Made by a program: the position numbers and the translations under genes
Shown: positions 29,500-40,135 of the stretch, piece after piece
Layout: each line of letters begins with the position of its first letter
Position numbering within the stretch: the first letter of the stretch is position 1
Notes under the pieces: generated by a model
Told to the model about the DNA's origin: nothing
Databases searched by the model: none
The model's input: the letters and a program-made list of their open reading frames with translations, nothing else
Assembly (NCBI GenBank): GCA_963812605.1
Contig: CAWEWF010000001.1
Coordinates: forward strand, 32,001 to 96,000
Length of the DNA: 64,000 nt
Source of the DNA: an uncultured Verrucomicrobiae bacterium
Lineage (GTDB): Bacteria; Verrucomicrobiota; Verrucomicrobiia; Palsa-1439
Reading direction: 5' to 3'

Positions 29500-29952
29500 A
29501 TGAATTATTTGATTGGATTTGTAACGGTGGTGCATGTGCTGGTGGCACTCTTTGTGATCGTGCTGGTACTGATGCAGAAGTCATCGGAGCAGGGCGTCGG
29601 CGCCGCGTTCGGCGGTGGCGTAACCGAAACTGTCTTCGGTGCCGGCACGACTACCGCGCTCGTGCGGATGACGATCTATTGTGCCTGCGCGCTTTTGGCG
29701 ACAACATTAATCCTGGCCGTCTTGCATTCACACCGCGGAAAAGGGAACAGCTCATTACTGCAGCGTTCCCTGGCAACGATGCCGGCGACACCTGCGCCAC
29801 AATCAACATTTCCGCTCACACCGCCGCCGTCCACACCCGGCTCGCCCGCAGCGGTTCCTACGACACCAGCAACCTCGACGCAAGTTCCGGCGGCGCAGCC
29901 ACAGTCATCCCCCACCGCTTCAGAACCGGCGGCGACGCCAAAGACCCCGTAA
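29500..29952 (+). CDS. secG: Preprotein translocase subunit SecG with Pro/Thr-rich tail
   Basis: LVLMQ..GVGAAFGGG..TVFG, two TM helices, located after tpiA. Confidence 0.9.
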   Translation: MNYLIGFVTVVHVLVALFVIVLVLMQKSSEQGVGAAFGGGVTETVFGAGTTTALVRMTIYCACALLATTLILAVLHSHRGKGNSSLLQRSLATMPATPAPQSTFPLTPPPSTPGSPAAVPTTPATSTQVPAAQPQSSPTASEPAATPKTP

Positions 29953-29972
29953 CCTTCGCGCCGCAAATCGGC

Positions 29973-30000
29973 TTGACTGTCATGCGTTTGGCAGTAACGT
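29973..30000 (+). promoter_or_regulatory. Putative sigma70 promoter, probably leaderless transcript for the M3 peptidase-opp operon
   Basis: TTGACT(29973)-16 bp-TAACGT(29995), 7 nt before ATG 30008; no SD. Confidence 0.45.
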
Positions 30001-30007
30001 GGGCCGC

Positions 30008-32134
30008 ATGTTTTCGAGAACCGTCCCGGTCTTGCTACTGCCAGTTCTTCTGGCTGCCTGCTCCAGCATGAATCACCAGTCGACCACCAAAATGGATTCG
30101 CTCCAGGACTTCCAAAAGCGCGCCGCCAAGTTTCACAGCGTCGTCACCGTCCCGTCGTTCGAGACCACGACGAACGAAGTCCAGATGTCGGTGAAGCAAG
30201 CCATCGAGTCCGGCAATGCGGCCCTGGATCGTATCGGCCAGCTTGCTCCCGGCGAAGTTACGTTCACCAATACGGTGCGCGCGCTGGATGATCTCGAATT
30301 TCAACTCGGCCTTGTGGACAATCGCCTCTCGCTCATCAAGGAAACCAGCACGGACGCTGCGGTTCGCGACGCTGCGACCGACTCCCTGAAGGAGCTTCAA
30401 GAATGGGTGGTCAGCTTTGATTACCGCGAGGACGTTTATCGCGCCGTTAAAGCCTATGCCGACACCCAACCCAAATTGGAAGGGGAGGACGCCAAGCTTC
30501 TGTCCGAAACCATGCGTGATTATCGACGGGCGGGGCTGGAATTGCCGAAAGCCGACCGTGACGAAGTCGAGCGCATGCGCAAGGAGCTTTCGCGATTGAT
30601 GACTGATTTCGAGACGAATATCACGAAAGCGGAGAAGGCGCTCAAGTTCACGAAGGCGGACCTTGACGGCGTCCCGGAAGACTTCCTGAAGCAAATCAAA
30701 ACCAACGAAGACGAATACGTCGTGATGGCGAACATCACCTGGCATTACATCACGGTAATGGACAACGCCACGCGTGAGGACACGCGCAAGCGGCTCTATA
30801 TCGAGCAGAGCAACCTGGCGAAGGAACAGAACGTGCCATTGTTGGAAAAGATTCTCGTTTTGCGCGATAACATCGCGCGCAAGCTCGGCTACAAAACGTG
30901 GGCGGATTACCAGACCGAAGTCAAAATGGTCAAGAATGCCGCCACGGCCATCAAGTTTCTGGAAGACCTGAAAACCGGCTTGCAGCCCAAGTTCCATGGC
31001 GAACTGGAAGAGTATCGCCAGCTTAAGGTCAGGGAGACCGGTGATACCAATGCGACGATCAACGTCTGGGATTGGCGGCACTACAGCAACCAGTTGAAGA
31101 TCGAGAAGTACAACGTGGATGCCGAACAATTGCGCGTCTACTTTCCCTATCAACACGTACTCGAAGGGCTGTTCCGCATCTACCAGAGCATCTTCAGCCT
31201 GAAGTTCGAACGCGTCGAGCCGCCGTACAAGTGGATCGGTGATTTGCAGATGTACACCGTGACCGATGCGCGGACCGGCGAGCCGCTCGGTCTCTTCTAC
31301 CTTGACATGTTCCCGCGCGAGGGCAAATACAATCACTTCGCTGAATTCGGCATCATCGATGGCAAATTGTTGCCGGACGGAACCTATCAGCGACCCACCG
31401 CGGCGCTGATTTGCAATTTCCCGGCGCCGACAGCGGACCACCCCTCGCTGATGTCGCACGACGACGTGGTGACGATCTTCCACGAATTCGGCCATGCGAT
31501 GCACTCGATCCTGACTCGCGCAAAATACGCGCGTTTCTCCGGCACCAGTGTGCCGCGCGATTTTGTCGAAGCCCCATCGCAAATGCTGGAGAACTGGCCC
31601 TGGGACAAGAAGGTGCTGGACAGTTTCGCGGCGGACTACCGTGATCCGTCAAAAAAGATTTCGCCGGCGATTCTGGCAAGCCTCAAGGAAGCCAGGCTCG
31701 CCACCGAAGGCACGCGTTACGAGCGCCAACTCTCCTTCGCGATGCTGGACCTCGCGTTGCATACGCAAATCCATGAGGATAACGCACAAGACACCGTCAA
31801 ACTGTCCAATCGCGTGCTCAGCGACGTATTTCTCCCAGTCCCCGATGACACGGCGTTCGTGGCTTATTTCGGGCACTTGATGGGTTATGACGCCGGCTAT
31901 TACGGCTACGCGTGGGCGGACGCGATCGCGGCTGACATGGACACGGTATTCGAGAAAGCGCCCGAGGGCCACTTCGACAAGCAGGCCGGTATGAGACTGC
32001 GCAAGGAAATCTACGAGGTCGGTGATTCCCGTGATGTGAACATCTCCATCGAAAAATTCCTGGGCCGTCCGCGTTCGTTGGAACCGTTCCTGAAAAAACT
32101 CGGGATTGATGGTGATTCCACCAAGAACCAATGA
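30008..32134 (+). CDS. M3 family metallopeptidase (thimet oligopeptidase-like), lipoprotein
   Basis: Lipobox LAAC; FYLDMFPREGKY, FHEFGHAMH (HExxH), RDFVEAPSQMLE, GYDAGYYGYAW. Confidence 0.93.
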   Translation: MFSRTVPVLLLPVLLAACSSMNHQSTTKMDSLQDFQKRAAKFHSVVTVPSFETTTNEVQMSVKQAIESGNAALDRIGQLAPGEVTFTNTVRALDDLEFQLGLVDNRLSLIKETSTDAAVRDAATDSLKELQEWVVSFDYREDVYRAVKAYADTQPKLEGEDAKLLSETMRDYRRAGLELPKADRDEVERMRKELSRLMTDFETNITKAEKALKFTKADLDGVPEDFLKQIKTNEDEYVVMANITWHYITVMDNATREDTRKRLYIEQSNLAKEQNVPLLEKILVLRDNIARKLGYKTWADYQTEVKMVKNAATAIKFLEDLKTGLQPKFHGELEEYRQLKVRETGDTNATINVWDWRHYSNQLKIEKYNVDAEQLRVYFPYQHVLEGLFRIYQSIFSLKFERVEPPYKWIGDLQMYTVTDARTGEPLGLFYLDMFPREGKYNHFAEFGIIDGKLLPDGTYQRPTAALICNFPAPTADHPSLMSHDDVVTIFHEFGHAMHSILTRAKYARFSGTSVPRDFVEAPSQMLENWPWDKKVLDSFAADYRDPSKKISPAILASLKEARLATEGTRYERQLSFAMLDLALHTQIHEDNAQDTVKLSNRVLSDVFLPVPDDTAFVAYFGHLMGYDAGYYGYAWADAIAADMDTVFEKAPEGHFDKQAGMRLRKEIYEVGDSRDVNISIEKFLGRPRSLEPFLKKLGIDGDSTKNQ

Positions 32135-32137
32135 CCG

Positions 32138-33772
32138 ATGCGAGGAAATTGGCCAGCGACATGTTGCTGTGGGTTTTGTCTGGTCCTGGCGTTGTCACTC
32201 GCGGGCTGCGGTCGTCGCGAAACGCGCGTGGAAATCGCCGACCGCGAACAGGTGTTGCTCAAGGGCAACGGTGGCGAACCACAAGAGCTTGACCCGCATA
32301 TCGTCACCGGGGTTTCCGAGTATCATATTCTTATGTCCCTCTTCGAAGGGCTGGTGACCGAGGATCCGCATGATTTGCATCCCGTGCCCGGCGTCGCTGA
32401 AAGCTGGGATGTTTCACCGGATGGAAAGGTGTACACGTTTCATCTTCGGAAGAACGCCAGGTGGTCGAACGGTGATCCTGTCACCGCGCATGATTTTCTC
32501 GAATCCTTCAAGCGCATCCTCGCGCCTTCCCTGGCCGCGGAATACTCGTACATGCATTTCGTCGTAAAAAATGCCCGGGCTTACAACGAGGGTAAGATCA
32601 CTGATTTCGAGCAGGTCGGCTACAAGGTGCTGGATGATTACACGCTCCAGGTCACGCTGGAAAACTCCACGCCGTATTTCTTGTCATTGCTGCTGCATAA
32701 CTCATGGTATCCCGTGCACTTGCCCACAATCCGGAAATATGGCGATCCCTACGAGCGCGGCAGCAAATGGACGCGGGCCGGGCGGTTCGTCGGCAACGGC
32801 GCCTTCGTCCTCATCAAATGGAAGGTTAACGACATCATCGTCGTGAAGAAAAGCCCGACGTATTGGGACCGGGACCATGTGGGGCTCAATGAAATCCACT
32901 TTCTGCCCATCGAGAGCGACGAAACGGAAGAGCACGCCTTTCGCGCGGGCCAACTCCACATAACGGAGACGTTGCCGTTGACAAAAATTGATTTTTACAA
33001 AAAGAATTACCCGGATCTGCTGCATATCGAACCGTATCTCGGCACCTATTTCTATCGCCTCAATGTCACGAAACCCCCGCTCAATGACAAGCGCGTTCGC
33101 CGCGCGCTGGCGCTGACGATTGATCGCGAGAGCCTGGTGGAAAATGTCTTGCGCGGCGGCCAGTTGCCGGCGTTCTGCCTGACTCCGCCCGGCACGGCGG
33201 GCTACACCGGTCGCACGCAATTGCACGAAGACGTTGCGGAAGCGAAACGCCTGCTGGCGGAAGCGGGTTATCCCGATGGAAAGAACTTTCCGCCCGTCGA
33301 ACTCCTCTACAACACGCTGGAGTCGCACCGGATTATTGCGGAATCCATCCAGCAAATGTGGAAGAAGAACCTGGGCATCGAGGTGCAACTGGTGAACCAG
33401 GAATGGAAGGTCTATCTCGATTCGCAACGCACGCTGAATTACCAGATTTGCCGCGCCTCGTGGATTGGCGACTACGCCGACCCAAATTCGTTTCTCGACA
33501 TGTGGTTGACCGGCGGTGGGAACAATGAAACCGGTTGGTCCAATCCGGAATACGACCGGCTCATTGCGGAGGCCGCGCGCACCACGGACCCGCAGCAACG
33601 GCTGGATGTATTTCAGAAGGCCGAGGCCATCCTGCTCGACGAGTTGCCGATGATCCCAATTTATTTCTACACCCACGTGTATGCGAGCCGGCCGGAAGTC
33701 AAAGGTTGGTATCCGACAATTCTCGATAATCACCCGTACAAATACGTGTACCTTGAACCGGGGAAAAACTGA
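32138..33772 (+). CDS. oppA: Oligopeptide ABC transporter substrate-binding lipoprotein
   Basis: LAGC lipobox; EPQELDP, PGVAESWDVSPDGKVYTFHLR, WSNGDPVTAHDF, WIGDYADP. Confidence 0.92.
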   Translation: MRGNWPATCCCGFCLVLALSLAGCGRRETRVEIADREQVLLKGNGGEPQELDPHIVTGVSEYHILMSLFEGLVTEDPHDLHPVPGVAESWDVSPDGKVYTFHLRKNARWSNGDPVTAHDFLESFKRILAPSLAAEYSYMHFVVKNARAYNEGKITDFEQVGYKVLDDYTLQVTLENSTPYFLSLLLHNSWYPVHLPTIRKYGDPYERGSKWTRAGRFVGNGAFVLIKWKVNDIIVVKKSPTYWDRDHVGLNEIHFLPIESDETEEHAFRAGQLHITETLPLTKIDFYKKNYPDLLHIEPYLGTYFYRLNVTKPPLNDKRVRRALALTIDRESLVENVLRGGQLPAFCLTPPGTAGYTGRTQLHEDVAEAKRLLAEAGYPDGKNFPPVELLYNTLESHRIIAESIQQMWKKNLGIEVQLVNQEWKVYLDSQRTLNYQICRASWIGDYADPNSFLDMWLTGGGNNETGWSNPEYDRLIAEAARTTDPQQRLDVFQKAEAILLDELPMIPIYFYTHVYASRPEVKGWYPTILDNHPYKYVYLEPGKN

Positions 33773-33784
33773 TTCTCACTGACC

Positions 33785-34702
33785 ATGTTTCGCTTCATCG
33801 CCAAACGATTTCTCGAAATGATCCCGGTCCTCTTCGTGATCGCCACGCTCACGTTCTTTATGGTGCGTCTTGCGCCAGGCGGACCATTCACGACGGAAAA
33901 GGCCATTCCTCCCGAGATCCAAAAGAAGCTCGAAGCCTTCTATGGACTGAATAAACCGTTGTTTCAACAGTACCTCGATTACATGGGCAACCTGCTCAAG
34001 GGTGATTTGGGGCCGTCATTCAAATACGCCACATGGTCGGTTAACGAACTGATCTGGGCGGCTTTCCCGGTCTCACTGGAACTCGGTTGCTATGGGTTGG
34101 CCATCGCGCTGGTTCTTGGATTGGGCGCCGGCATCGTCGCCTCGTTGCGCCAGAATTCGGGGGTCGACCACATCACCATGTCCCTGGCGATGATTGGAAT
34201 TTGTGTGCCGACGTTTGTACTGGGGCCGCTGTTGATTCTCGTTTTTGGGCTCGGCTTGGGCTGGGTCAACGCCTCGGGATGGGATTCCGCTCGCGACCGC
34301 ATTATGCCATCGCTCACGTTGGGCTTTTTCTACGCCGCATACATCGCGCGCCTGGCGCGCGGTGGCATGTTGGAGATCCTCAACCAGGATTTTATCCGCA
34401 CCGCGCGCGCCAAGGGCGCGTCCCCCACAAGGGTCATTCTCAAACACGCGCTCAAGGGCGGCCTGCTCCCGGTCGTCTCCTTCCTCGGCCCGGCGATCGC
34501 TGACATCATTACCGGCTCGTTTGTCGTGGAAACGATTTTTCAAGTGCCCGGTCTGGGGCGCTTTTTTGTGACGGCGGCCTTCAACCGTGATTACACGATG
34601 GTGATCGGCACGGTCCTGTTTTACGCGGTGCTGATTATTCTGCTCAATCTCGCCGTGGATGTCGTTCAGGTCTGGCTTAATCCAAGATTGCGGTTTGAAT
34701 AA
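33785..34702 (+). CDS. oppB: Oligopeptide ABC permease
   Basis: APGGPF, GDLGPSF, DFIRTARAKG (EAA loop), GSFVVETIF..PGLG, NRDY. Confidence 0.92.
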   Translation: MFRFIAKRFLEMIPVLFVIATLTFFMVRLAPGGPFTTEKAIPPEIQKKLEAFYGLNKPLFQQYLDYMGNLLKGDLGPSFKYATWSVNELIWAAFPVSLELGCYGLAIALVLGLGAGIVASLRQNSGVDHITMSLAMIGICVPTFVLGPLLILVFGLGLGWVNASGWDSARDRIMPSLTLGFFYAAYIARLARGGMLEILNQDFIRTARAKGASPTRVILKHALKGGLLPVVSFLGPAIADIITGSFVVETIFQVPGLGRFFVTAAFNRDYTMVIGTVLFYAVLIILLNLAVDVVQVWLNPRLRFE

Positions 34703-34703
34703 A

Positions 34704-35609
34704 ATGCAGCCAACCATCGTACCCCAGATGCCCCAGGCAGTCCCGCTCGCCAGAGTGGAAGCGGGAACCTCTTTGTGGCGTGACGCGTGGCTGCGCCTCA
34801 AAAAAAACAGGATGGCCGTAGTCAGCGCGGTGATCCTGGCGGTTCTTTCGCTCGCGTCGGCGCTGGCCCCATGGATTGCGCCGTATTCCTATGAGGAACA
34901 GAATCTCGCGCTTCGCGCGGTGCCGCCACGCGCCGGCCACTGGCTCGGCACTGATGCCCTTGGCCGCGACCAATTGACGCGTTTGTTATACGGCGGGCGC
35001 GTCTCGCTCATGGTGGGCATCGTGGCAACGGCTGTCGCGCTCGTCATCGGCGTGACATACGGCGCCATCTCCGGTTTTCTTGGCGGCATGGTCGACGTTG
35101 TCATGATGCGGATTGTGGACATCATTTACGCGCTGCCCTTCACCATTTTTGTTATTTTGCTGATGGTCTTTTTCGGGCGCGATATTCGCCTGTTGTTTGT
35201 GGCCATCGGCGCGGTCGAATGGCTGACGATGGCGCGCATCATTCGCGCCCAGGTGCAATCGCTCCAAAAGCAGGAATTCATCGAGGCGGCGCGCGCGCTT
35301 GGTTTGCGGAGACGGCGAATTATTTTCGTGCATATGCTGCCCAACGTCCTCGGGCCGATCATCGTGTATGCCACGCTGACGGTACCGGCGGTGATGTTGC
35401 TGGAAGCGTTCCTCAGCTTCCTCGGCCTGGGAGTCCAGCCGCCCATGAGTTCGTGGGGTTTGATGATCAAGGACGGGGCTGACCGGATGGAGGAATGTCC
35501 CTGGCTGCTCATCGTGCCGGGAATCACCTTGGCGGTGACGCTGTTTTGCCTGAACTTCCTCGGTGACGGCTTGCGCGACGCGCTGGATGTCCGCACTTCG
35601 ACGGATTGA
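34704..35609 (+). CDS. oppC: Oligopeptide ABC permease
   Basis: SLWRDAW, HWLGTDALGRD, EFIEAARALG, LSFLGLG, NFLGDGLRDALD. Confidence 0.92.
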   Translation: MQPTIVPQMPQAVPLARVEAGTSLWRDAWLRLKKNRMAVVSAVILAVLSLASALAPWIAPYSYEEQNLALRAVPPRAGHWLGTDALGRDQLTRLLYGGRVSLMVGIVATAVALVIGVTYGAISGFLGGMVDVVMMRIVDIIYALPFTIFVILLMVFFGRDIRLLFVAIGAVEWLTMARIIRAQVQSLQKQEFIEAARALGLRRRRIIFVHMLPNVLGPIIVYATLTVPAVMLLEAFLSFLGLGVQPPMSSWGLMIKDGADRMEECPWLLIVPGITLAVTLFCLNFLGDGLRDALDVRTSTD

Positions 35610-35614
35610 TTTTT

Positions 35615-36613
35615 ATGCCCTTGCTCACCGTCAACAATCTTCGCGTGCACTTCCACACCCGCAACGGCGTGGTGCGCGCCACCGATGATATTTCCTTTAC
35701 CATCGAGAAGGGGGAGACGCTCAGCATCGTCGGCGAATCCGGCTCCGGCAAATCTGTCACCTGTTACGCGTTGATGGGCCTAGTTCCCCAGCCGCCCGGA
35801 AGAATCGAAAGCGGTTCCGCTGTTTTCGACGACAAGATCGACCTGCTCCAGTGTTCGCCGCGAGAGTTGAATCGCATTCGCGGCAAACGCATCGCGATGA
35901 TCTTCCAGGACCCGATGACCTCGCTCAACCCGTATCTGCGGATCGAGGATCAACTGATCGAGCCGCTGATGATCCACGAAAACATCGACCGGCGTGAAGC
36001 AGTCCAACGCGGCATCCACGCGCTGGAAGAGGTCGGGGTGTCGGATGCGGCCCGACGAATCCGCGGTTACCCGCACGAGTTCTCCGGCGGCATGCGCCAG
36101 CGTGTGATGATCGCCATGGCGTTGATCACGAAGCCGGAATTACTCATTGCGGATGAACCGACCACAGCACTTGATGTCACCATCCAGGCCCAGATCCTCG
36201 ATTTATTGAAAGACCTCAAGAAGAAAACCGGTATGAGCATCCTGCTAATCACGCACAACCTCGGCATCGTTGGCGACCTGGCGGACAAAGTCGCCGTGAT
36301 GTATGCCGGCCGGATCGTTGAACAGGCCCCTACCGCTGCCCTTCTGCAGAAGCCGTTGCACCCGTATACCATTGGCTTGATGCAATCGATACCCCGGCTC
36401 GGCGCGCACAAGGAACGACTGCACTCGATCCCCGGTTCCGTGCCGGATGCGGCGCGGCTGCCGGCTGGCTGCAAGTTCCAAGCGCGCTGCGACCGCGCGC
36501 AAGACGACTGCACCCGCGACCCTGAACCGCAACTTGTCGGGGCCAACAACGACGCGCACCGTGTCCGCTGTCCCTATTGGAACAAACCGGAATTGAAGAG
36601 GACAATTCCATGA
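35615..36613 (+). CDS. oppD: Oligopeptide ABC ATPase
   Basis: [43 protein letters not shown]. Confidence 0.93.
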   Translation: MPLLTVNNLRVHFHTRNGVVRATDDISFTIEKGETLSIVGESGSGKSVTCYALMGLVPQPPGRIESGSAVFDDKIDLLQCSPRELNRIRGKRIAMIFQDPMTSLNPYLRIEDQLIEPLMIHENIDRREAVQRGIHALEEVGVSDAARRIRGYPHEFSGGMRQRVMIAMALITKPELLIADEPTTALDVTIQAQILDLLKDLKKKTGMSILLITHNLGIVGDLADKVAVMYAGRIVEQAPTAALLQKPLHPYTIGLMQSIPRLGAHKERLHSIPGSVPDAARLPAGCKFQARCDRAQDDCTRDPEPQLVGANNDAHRVRCPYWNKPELKRTIP

Positions 36614-37533
36614 GCCTTGTCGAGATCAAGGACCTCAAAACGTATTTCCCGGTCCGCGCGGGAGTGCTCCAGCGTCCCGTCGGTTGGGTCCGCGCCGTCG
36701 ATGGCGTCAGTTTCGCGATCAACGAAGGGGAGACGGTGGGTCTTGTCGGTGAAAGCGGTTGCGGTAAAACCACGCTCGGAAGGACGATGCTGCGCCTGGT
36801 GGAACCCACCGCTGGTGAAATTCGGTTTGAGGGACAAGATATCACGAAACTCGATCGCGCCGAAATGAGGCCGTTCCGCCGCAAAGCGCAGATGATTTTC
36901 CAGGACCCGTATGGATCACTTAACCCGCGCATGACCATCGGGAACATTATTGCCGAGCCTCTGCGCATTCACAAGTTGTGCGCGAATAGAAGCGAGGTGC
37001 GCGATCGGGTCGCTGAATTGTTGCGGTCGGTCGGCCTTCCTGCGGAACACGCGCGCCGCTATCCACACGAATTCAGCGGCGGTCAGCGGCAACGCATCGG
37101 CATCGCCCGCGCCCTCGCCGTGGAACCGAAGTTCATCATCTGCGACGAACCGGTCAGCGCGCTCGACGTCAGCGTCCAGGCGCAAATCATCAACCTGCTG
37201 CAGGACCTTCAGGAGAAGTTCGAGCTTACGTACCTGTTCGTCGCCCACGATCTCGCAGTAGTCGAGCATATCAGCGACCGGGTTCTCGTGATGTATTACG
37301 GCAAGCTGGTGGAAGAAGCCAGCGCGGAGGAGATTTACGCCCATCCCGTCCATCCGTACACGCAAGCGCTGTTGTCCGCCGTCCCGACGGTCGACCTGGC
37401 GCAGAAGCGCCAGCGAATCATCTGGCCGCCCGTGGGCACAACGCCCGAACAGGCCCGCGCTTCGCTCCAGGAAAAGAAACTCACTCGAAACGAAGTGCGA
37501 CCGAGCCATTGGGTTTTGCAGGAAACCTCCTAA
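36610..37533 (+). CDS. oppF: Oligopeptide ABC ATPase
   Basis: [48 protein letters not shown]. Confidence 0.93.
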   Translation: MSLVEIKDLKTYFPVRAGVLQRPVGWVRAVDGVSFAINEGETVGLVGESGCGKTTLGRTMLRLVEPTAGEIRFEGQDITKLDRAEMRPFRRKAQMIFQDPYGSLNPRMTIGNIIAEPLRIHKLCANRSEVRDRVAELLRSVGLPAEHARRYPHEFSGGQRQRIGIARALAVEPKFIICDEPVSALDVSVQAQIINLLQDLQEKFELTYLFVAHDLAVVEHISDRVLVMYYGKLVEEASAEEIYAHPVHPYTQALLSAVPTVDLAQKRQRIIWPPVGTTPEQARASLQEKKLTRNEVRPSHWVLQETS

Positions 37534-38651
37534 TGCAGGATGTGTCCGGCCAATTGCCGCGCCGCCAAGGCGAGAAGTTCTTCTGCGCGCTCCAGTGCCT
37601 CGTTTAGCTCCATTCCCGGTTTCATCGTCGGGAGGGCCAATTCGATTCCCTCGCGGCGATAAATTTCTTGGGAAACTTCCACGCTGCCCGCCAGCACGGC
37701 TACCTTCGCCCCGTGTTTCGCGGCGAGTCTGCCGATCCCGGACACCACCTTGCCTCGCAACGATTGCTTGTCGAATCGACCTTCACCCGTGACCACCCAA
37801 TCCGCACCAGCAAGTTCAGTGTCGAGCCCGGTCGCGTGAATCACGATTTCAATACCGGGCGCAAGCCGCGCGTCCATAAACGCGACCGCTCCCCCGGCCA
37901 GGCCGCCGGCCGCCCCCGCACCGCGAACATTCACGATCTCCTTGCCCAGTTGCTCCTTCACCAATCTCGCCAGGTGTTGCAACCCGTTGTCGAGCCGCTC
38001 GACCATGGCCGGCGTCGCGCCTTTTTGTGGGCCGAAAATATGCGCGGCGCCCTGACTGCCGCACAATGGGTTGTCGACATCGCAGAGGACCTCCACTGCC
38101 GGGAGTTGCAGTGTATCTGGACGCTCAATCCGCACAATCCGCTCCAATTCCCTGCCACCAGGCCCGATGGGTTTCCCTTTCGCATCCAGAAGTCGCCAAC
38201 CAAGCGCCATCGCGGCGCCAACTCCGCCATCTACTGTGGCGCTCCCGCCGACTGCCAGCCAAATGCGCCCGGCCCCGTGTTCGATGGCCGCGCGAATCAA
38301 TTCGCCGGTGCCGTACGTGGTTGTGAGCAGGGGATTACGCTGTTCGGGTGTCAGCAGGACCAGGCCGCTCGCGTTCGCCGTGGCAATGACCGCGGTTGCT
38401 TCTTTTGCCAACCATACGTAGCGAGCGGTACAAGATATCTCCGGAAGCGGACCCATTACCGAAAGCGCGATCCATTCTCCCCCCCGTGCTGCCAGAAGAA
38501 TTTCGTCCGTTCCGTCACCGCCATCGGCCATCGGCTTCGTTACAACACGCGCCTCGGGCCGCACCGAGAGCAGCGCATCGCGCACGATATCACAGGCGCG
38601 TGACGCTGGGAGGCTGCCTTTGAACTTGTCGAGCGCAACGACGATCTTCAC
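37530..38651 (-). CDS. Glycerate kinase (GlxK/GarK family)
   Basis: [61 protein letters not shown]. Confidence 0.95.
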   Translation of the reverse strand: MKIVVALDKFKGSLPASRACDIVRDALLSVRPEARVVTKPMADGGDGTDEILLAARGGEWIALSVMGPLPEISCTARYVWLAKEATAVIATANASGLVLLTPEQRNPLLTTTYGTGELIRAAIEHGAGRIWLAVGGSATVDGGVGAAMALGWRLLDAKGKPIGPGGRELERIVRIERPDTLQLPAVEVLCDVDNPLCGSQGAAHIFGPQKGATPAMVERLDNGLQHLARLVKEQLGKEIVNVRGAGAAGGLAGGAVAFMDARLAPGIEIVIHATGLDTELAGADWVVTGEGRFDKQSLRGKVVSGIGRLAAKHGAKVAVLAGSVEVSQEIYRREGIELALPTMKPGMELNEALERAEELLALAARQLAGHILH

Positions 38652-38657
38652 GACACG

Positions 38658-38685
38658 ATTATAGGTCGGGAATGTTGCTGGTGAA
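38658..38685 (-). promoter_or_regulatory. Putative sigma70 promoter, leaderless glycerate kinase transcript
   Basis: Minus strand TTCACC-16 bp-TATAAT, ending 6 nt before the GTG start. Confidence 0.5.
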
Positions 38686-38690
38686 ACCAG

Positions 38691-39686
38691 TTAATCCGTC
38701 CGCCGAGAAGGCGTTTCCACGCTGTGCTTGTAAGCCAGGATTCCCCTGGCGATGGCTTCCGCGAGGCGATTGCGGTATTCCGGATTCATCACCTGCTGTT
38801 CTTCAGCCTGATTCGTCAAAAAGCCGCCCTCAATAAGAATCGCGGGACAATTGGCATCTCGCAACACCTCAAACCGCGCGCGCCGCACCCCGCGATCCGC
38901 CGCGCCCGTGGCGTTGAGCGCTGCCGCGTGCACGCAATGCGCGAGCCAGACATTCCGTTCATCCCAACGGTTGCCGGCTTGCGCGTCGTTGCGGTGACGC
39001 GAGTTGGCATCGTCCGTGGAGGCGTTGCCGGCTGGCGTGAGGCAATACGTCTCGATTCCGCTGGCCGTCGGGCCGCCAGAATTGAAATGGATACTCACGA
39101 AAACATCGCCGCCGTGTGCCAGGCAGAAAGCCGGACGCCCCTCCAGCGGCGTCGTGGTGTCCGTCTCCCGGGTCAATAGCACTCGCGCGCCGGCATCCGC
39201 CAAATGACGGCCGACGTGCCGGGCGACGTCCAGTGTCCATTCCTTTTCCACATGCCCGCTCAAACCGCGGGCGCCCGTGTCCGCGCCGCCGTGACCGGGA
39301 TCCAGGATAATCGTGCGGAGTGATGCGTTCCCGGCCAACCGTAGCGGGCGCAAAATCGGAGCAATGGTCTTGCTCATATCATCGGCACGAATCCACAAGG
39401 TGCCTCGCTGCGAAAGAACTGGCGCATCCAGCCAATGAATGACCCCATTCAGGTGGATATCGCGATGGTCCGCTTCGATGGCGAGTTCGGCGGCGCCGGT
39501 CCGATATTCGGCACGGCGCGCATCCCGACTGCGGTCGCGCCCCAATTCATAGACTGATGCCAACTGGCGAACGGCCACATAGGGGCCGCCAGCCAGATGA
39601 TGTTGCGGGACGGCTTGTGGTTCCGCAGACGCCCCGAGAGTGGCGCATCCAAGAAGAGTGACAATCAGTGCGTGTGGCCGGTGCAT
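38691..39686 (-). CDS. N-acetylmuramoyl-L-alanine amidase (Amidase_3, Zn-dependent)
   Basis: Signal peptide; ILDPGHGG, EKE, SIHFN, GIETY, PAILIEGGFLTN; start overlaps the merC-like stop. Confidence 0.9.
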   Translation of the reverse strand: MHRPHALIVTLLGCATLGASAEPQAVPQHHLAGGPYVAVRQLASVYELGRDRSRDARRAEYRTGAAELAIEADHRDIHLNGVIHWLDAPVLSQRGTLWIRADDMSKTIAPILRPLRLAGNASLRTIILDPGHGGADTGARGLSGHVEKEWTLDVARHVGRHLADAGARVLLTRETDTTTPLEGRPAFCLAHGGDVFVSIHFNSGGPTASGIETYCLTPAGNASTDDANSRHRNDAQAGNRWDERNVWLAHCVHAAALNATGAADRGVRRARFEVLRDANCPAILIEGGFLTNQAEEQQVMNPEYRNRLAEAIARGILAYKHSVETPSRRTD

Positions 39687-40135
39687 TGGCAGAGCCGTCG
39701 GTCTTTCCACAGGGCGTAGGCCATGAGCAACGGTCCGGCGATGACCAATGTCTGCGCAAGAAATGGCCCAAGGTGAAGCGCGGCAAACCGGCCGGTGGCG
39801 TTCATGATGAGACCGGCCAAAACCAAACAAAGCGGCAGCGCGTCCCGATGATGCCGCAGGCTGAGCAGGCAACCACCCAAACCAAACACCGCCGCCACGC
39901 CCAGCACGAGGGCATCCATGATTCGACTCCAGTGAATCCATGACAATACCGGGAAGAAAATCAGCACGATGGGCATCACCATGCAATGCACGGCGCAGGT
40001 CGCGGACAACCAGATTCCCAAGCGATCCAGTTTGGCATGGGTGTGAGGGGGTGGATCCTGACAACCCAGCGGTTTCAGGGAGATGCGCTCACTTTCCGTA
40101 TACGGTTTGTACACGGTTGGAGTTTCCGTGTTCAT
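39665..40135 (-). CDS. MerC-domain membrane protein
   Basis: LDRLGIWLSATCAVHC motif, 4 TM helices, C-terminal CQCTGHTH. Confidence 0.85.
   Translation of the reverse strand: MNTETPTVYKPYTESERISLKPLGCQDPPPHTHAKLDRLGIWLSATCAVHCMVMPIVLIFFPVLSWIHWSRIMDALVLGVAAVFGLGGCLLSLRHHRDALPLCLVLAGLIMNATGRFAALHLGPFLAQTLVIAGPLLMAYALWKDRRLCQCTGHTH

Noticed and set aside
30035-31582. Long antisense ORFs (e.g. 30035..31582, 14621..15937, 20371..21411, 32702..33733)
   Set aside because: Shadows of high-GC3 sense genes; no recognisable motifs.
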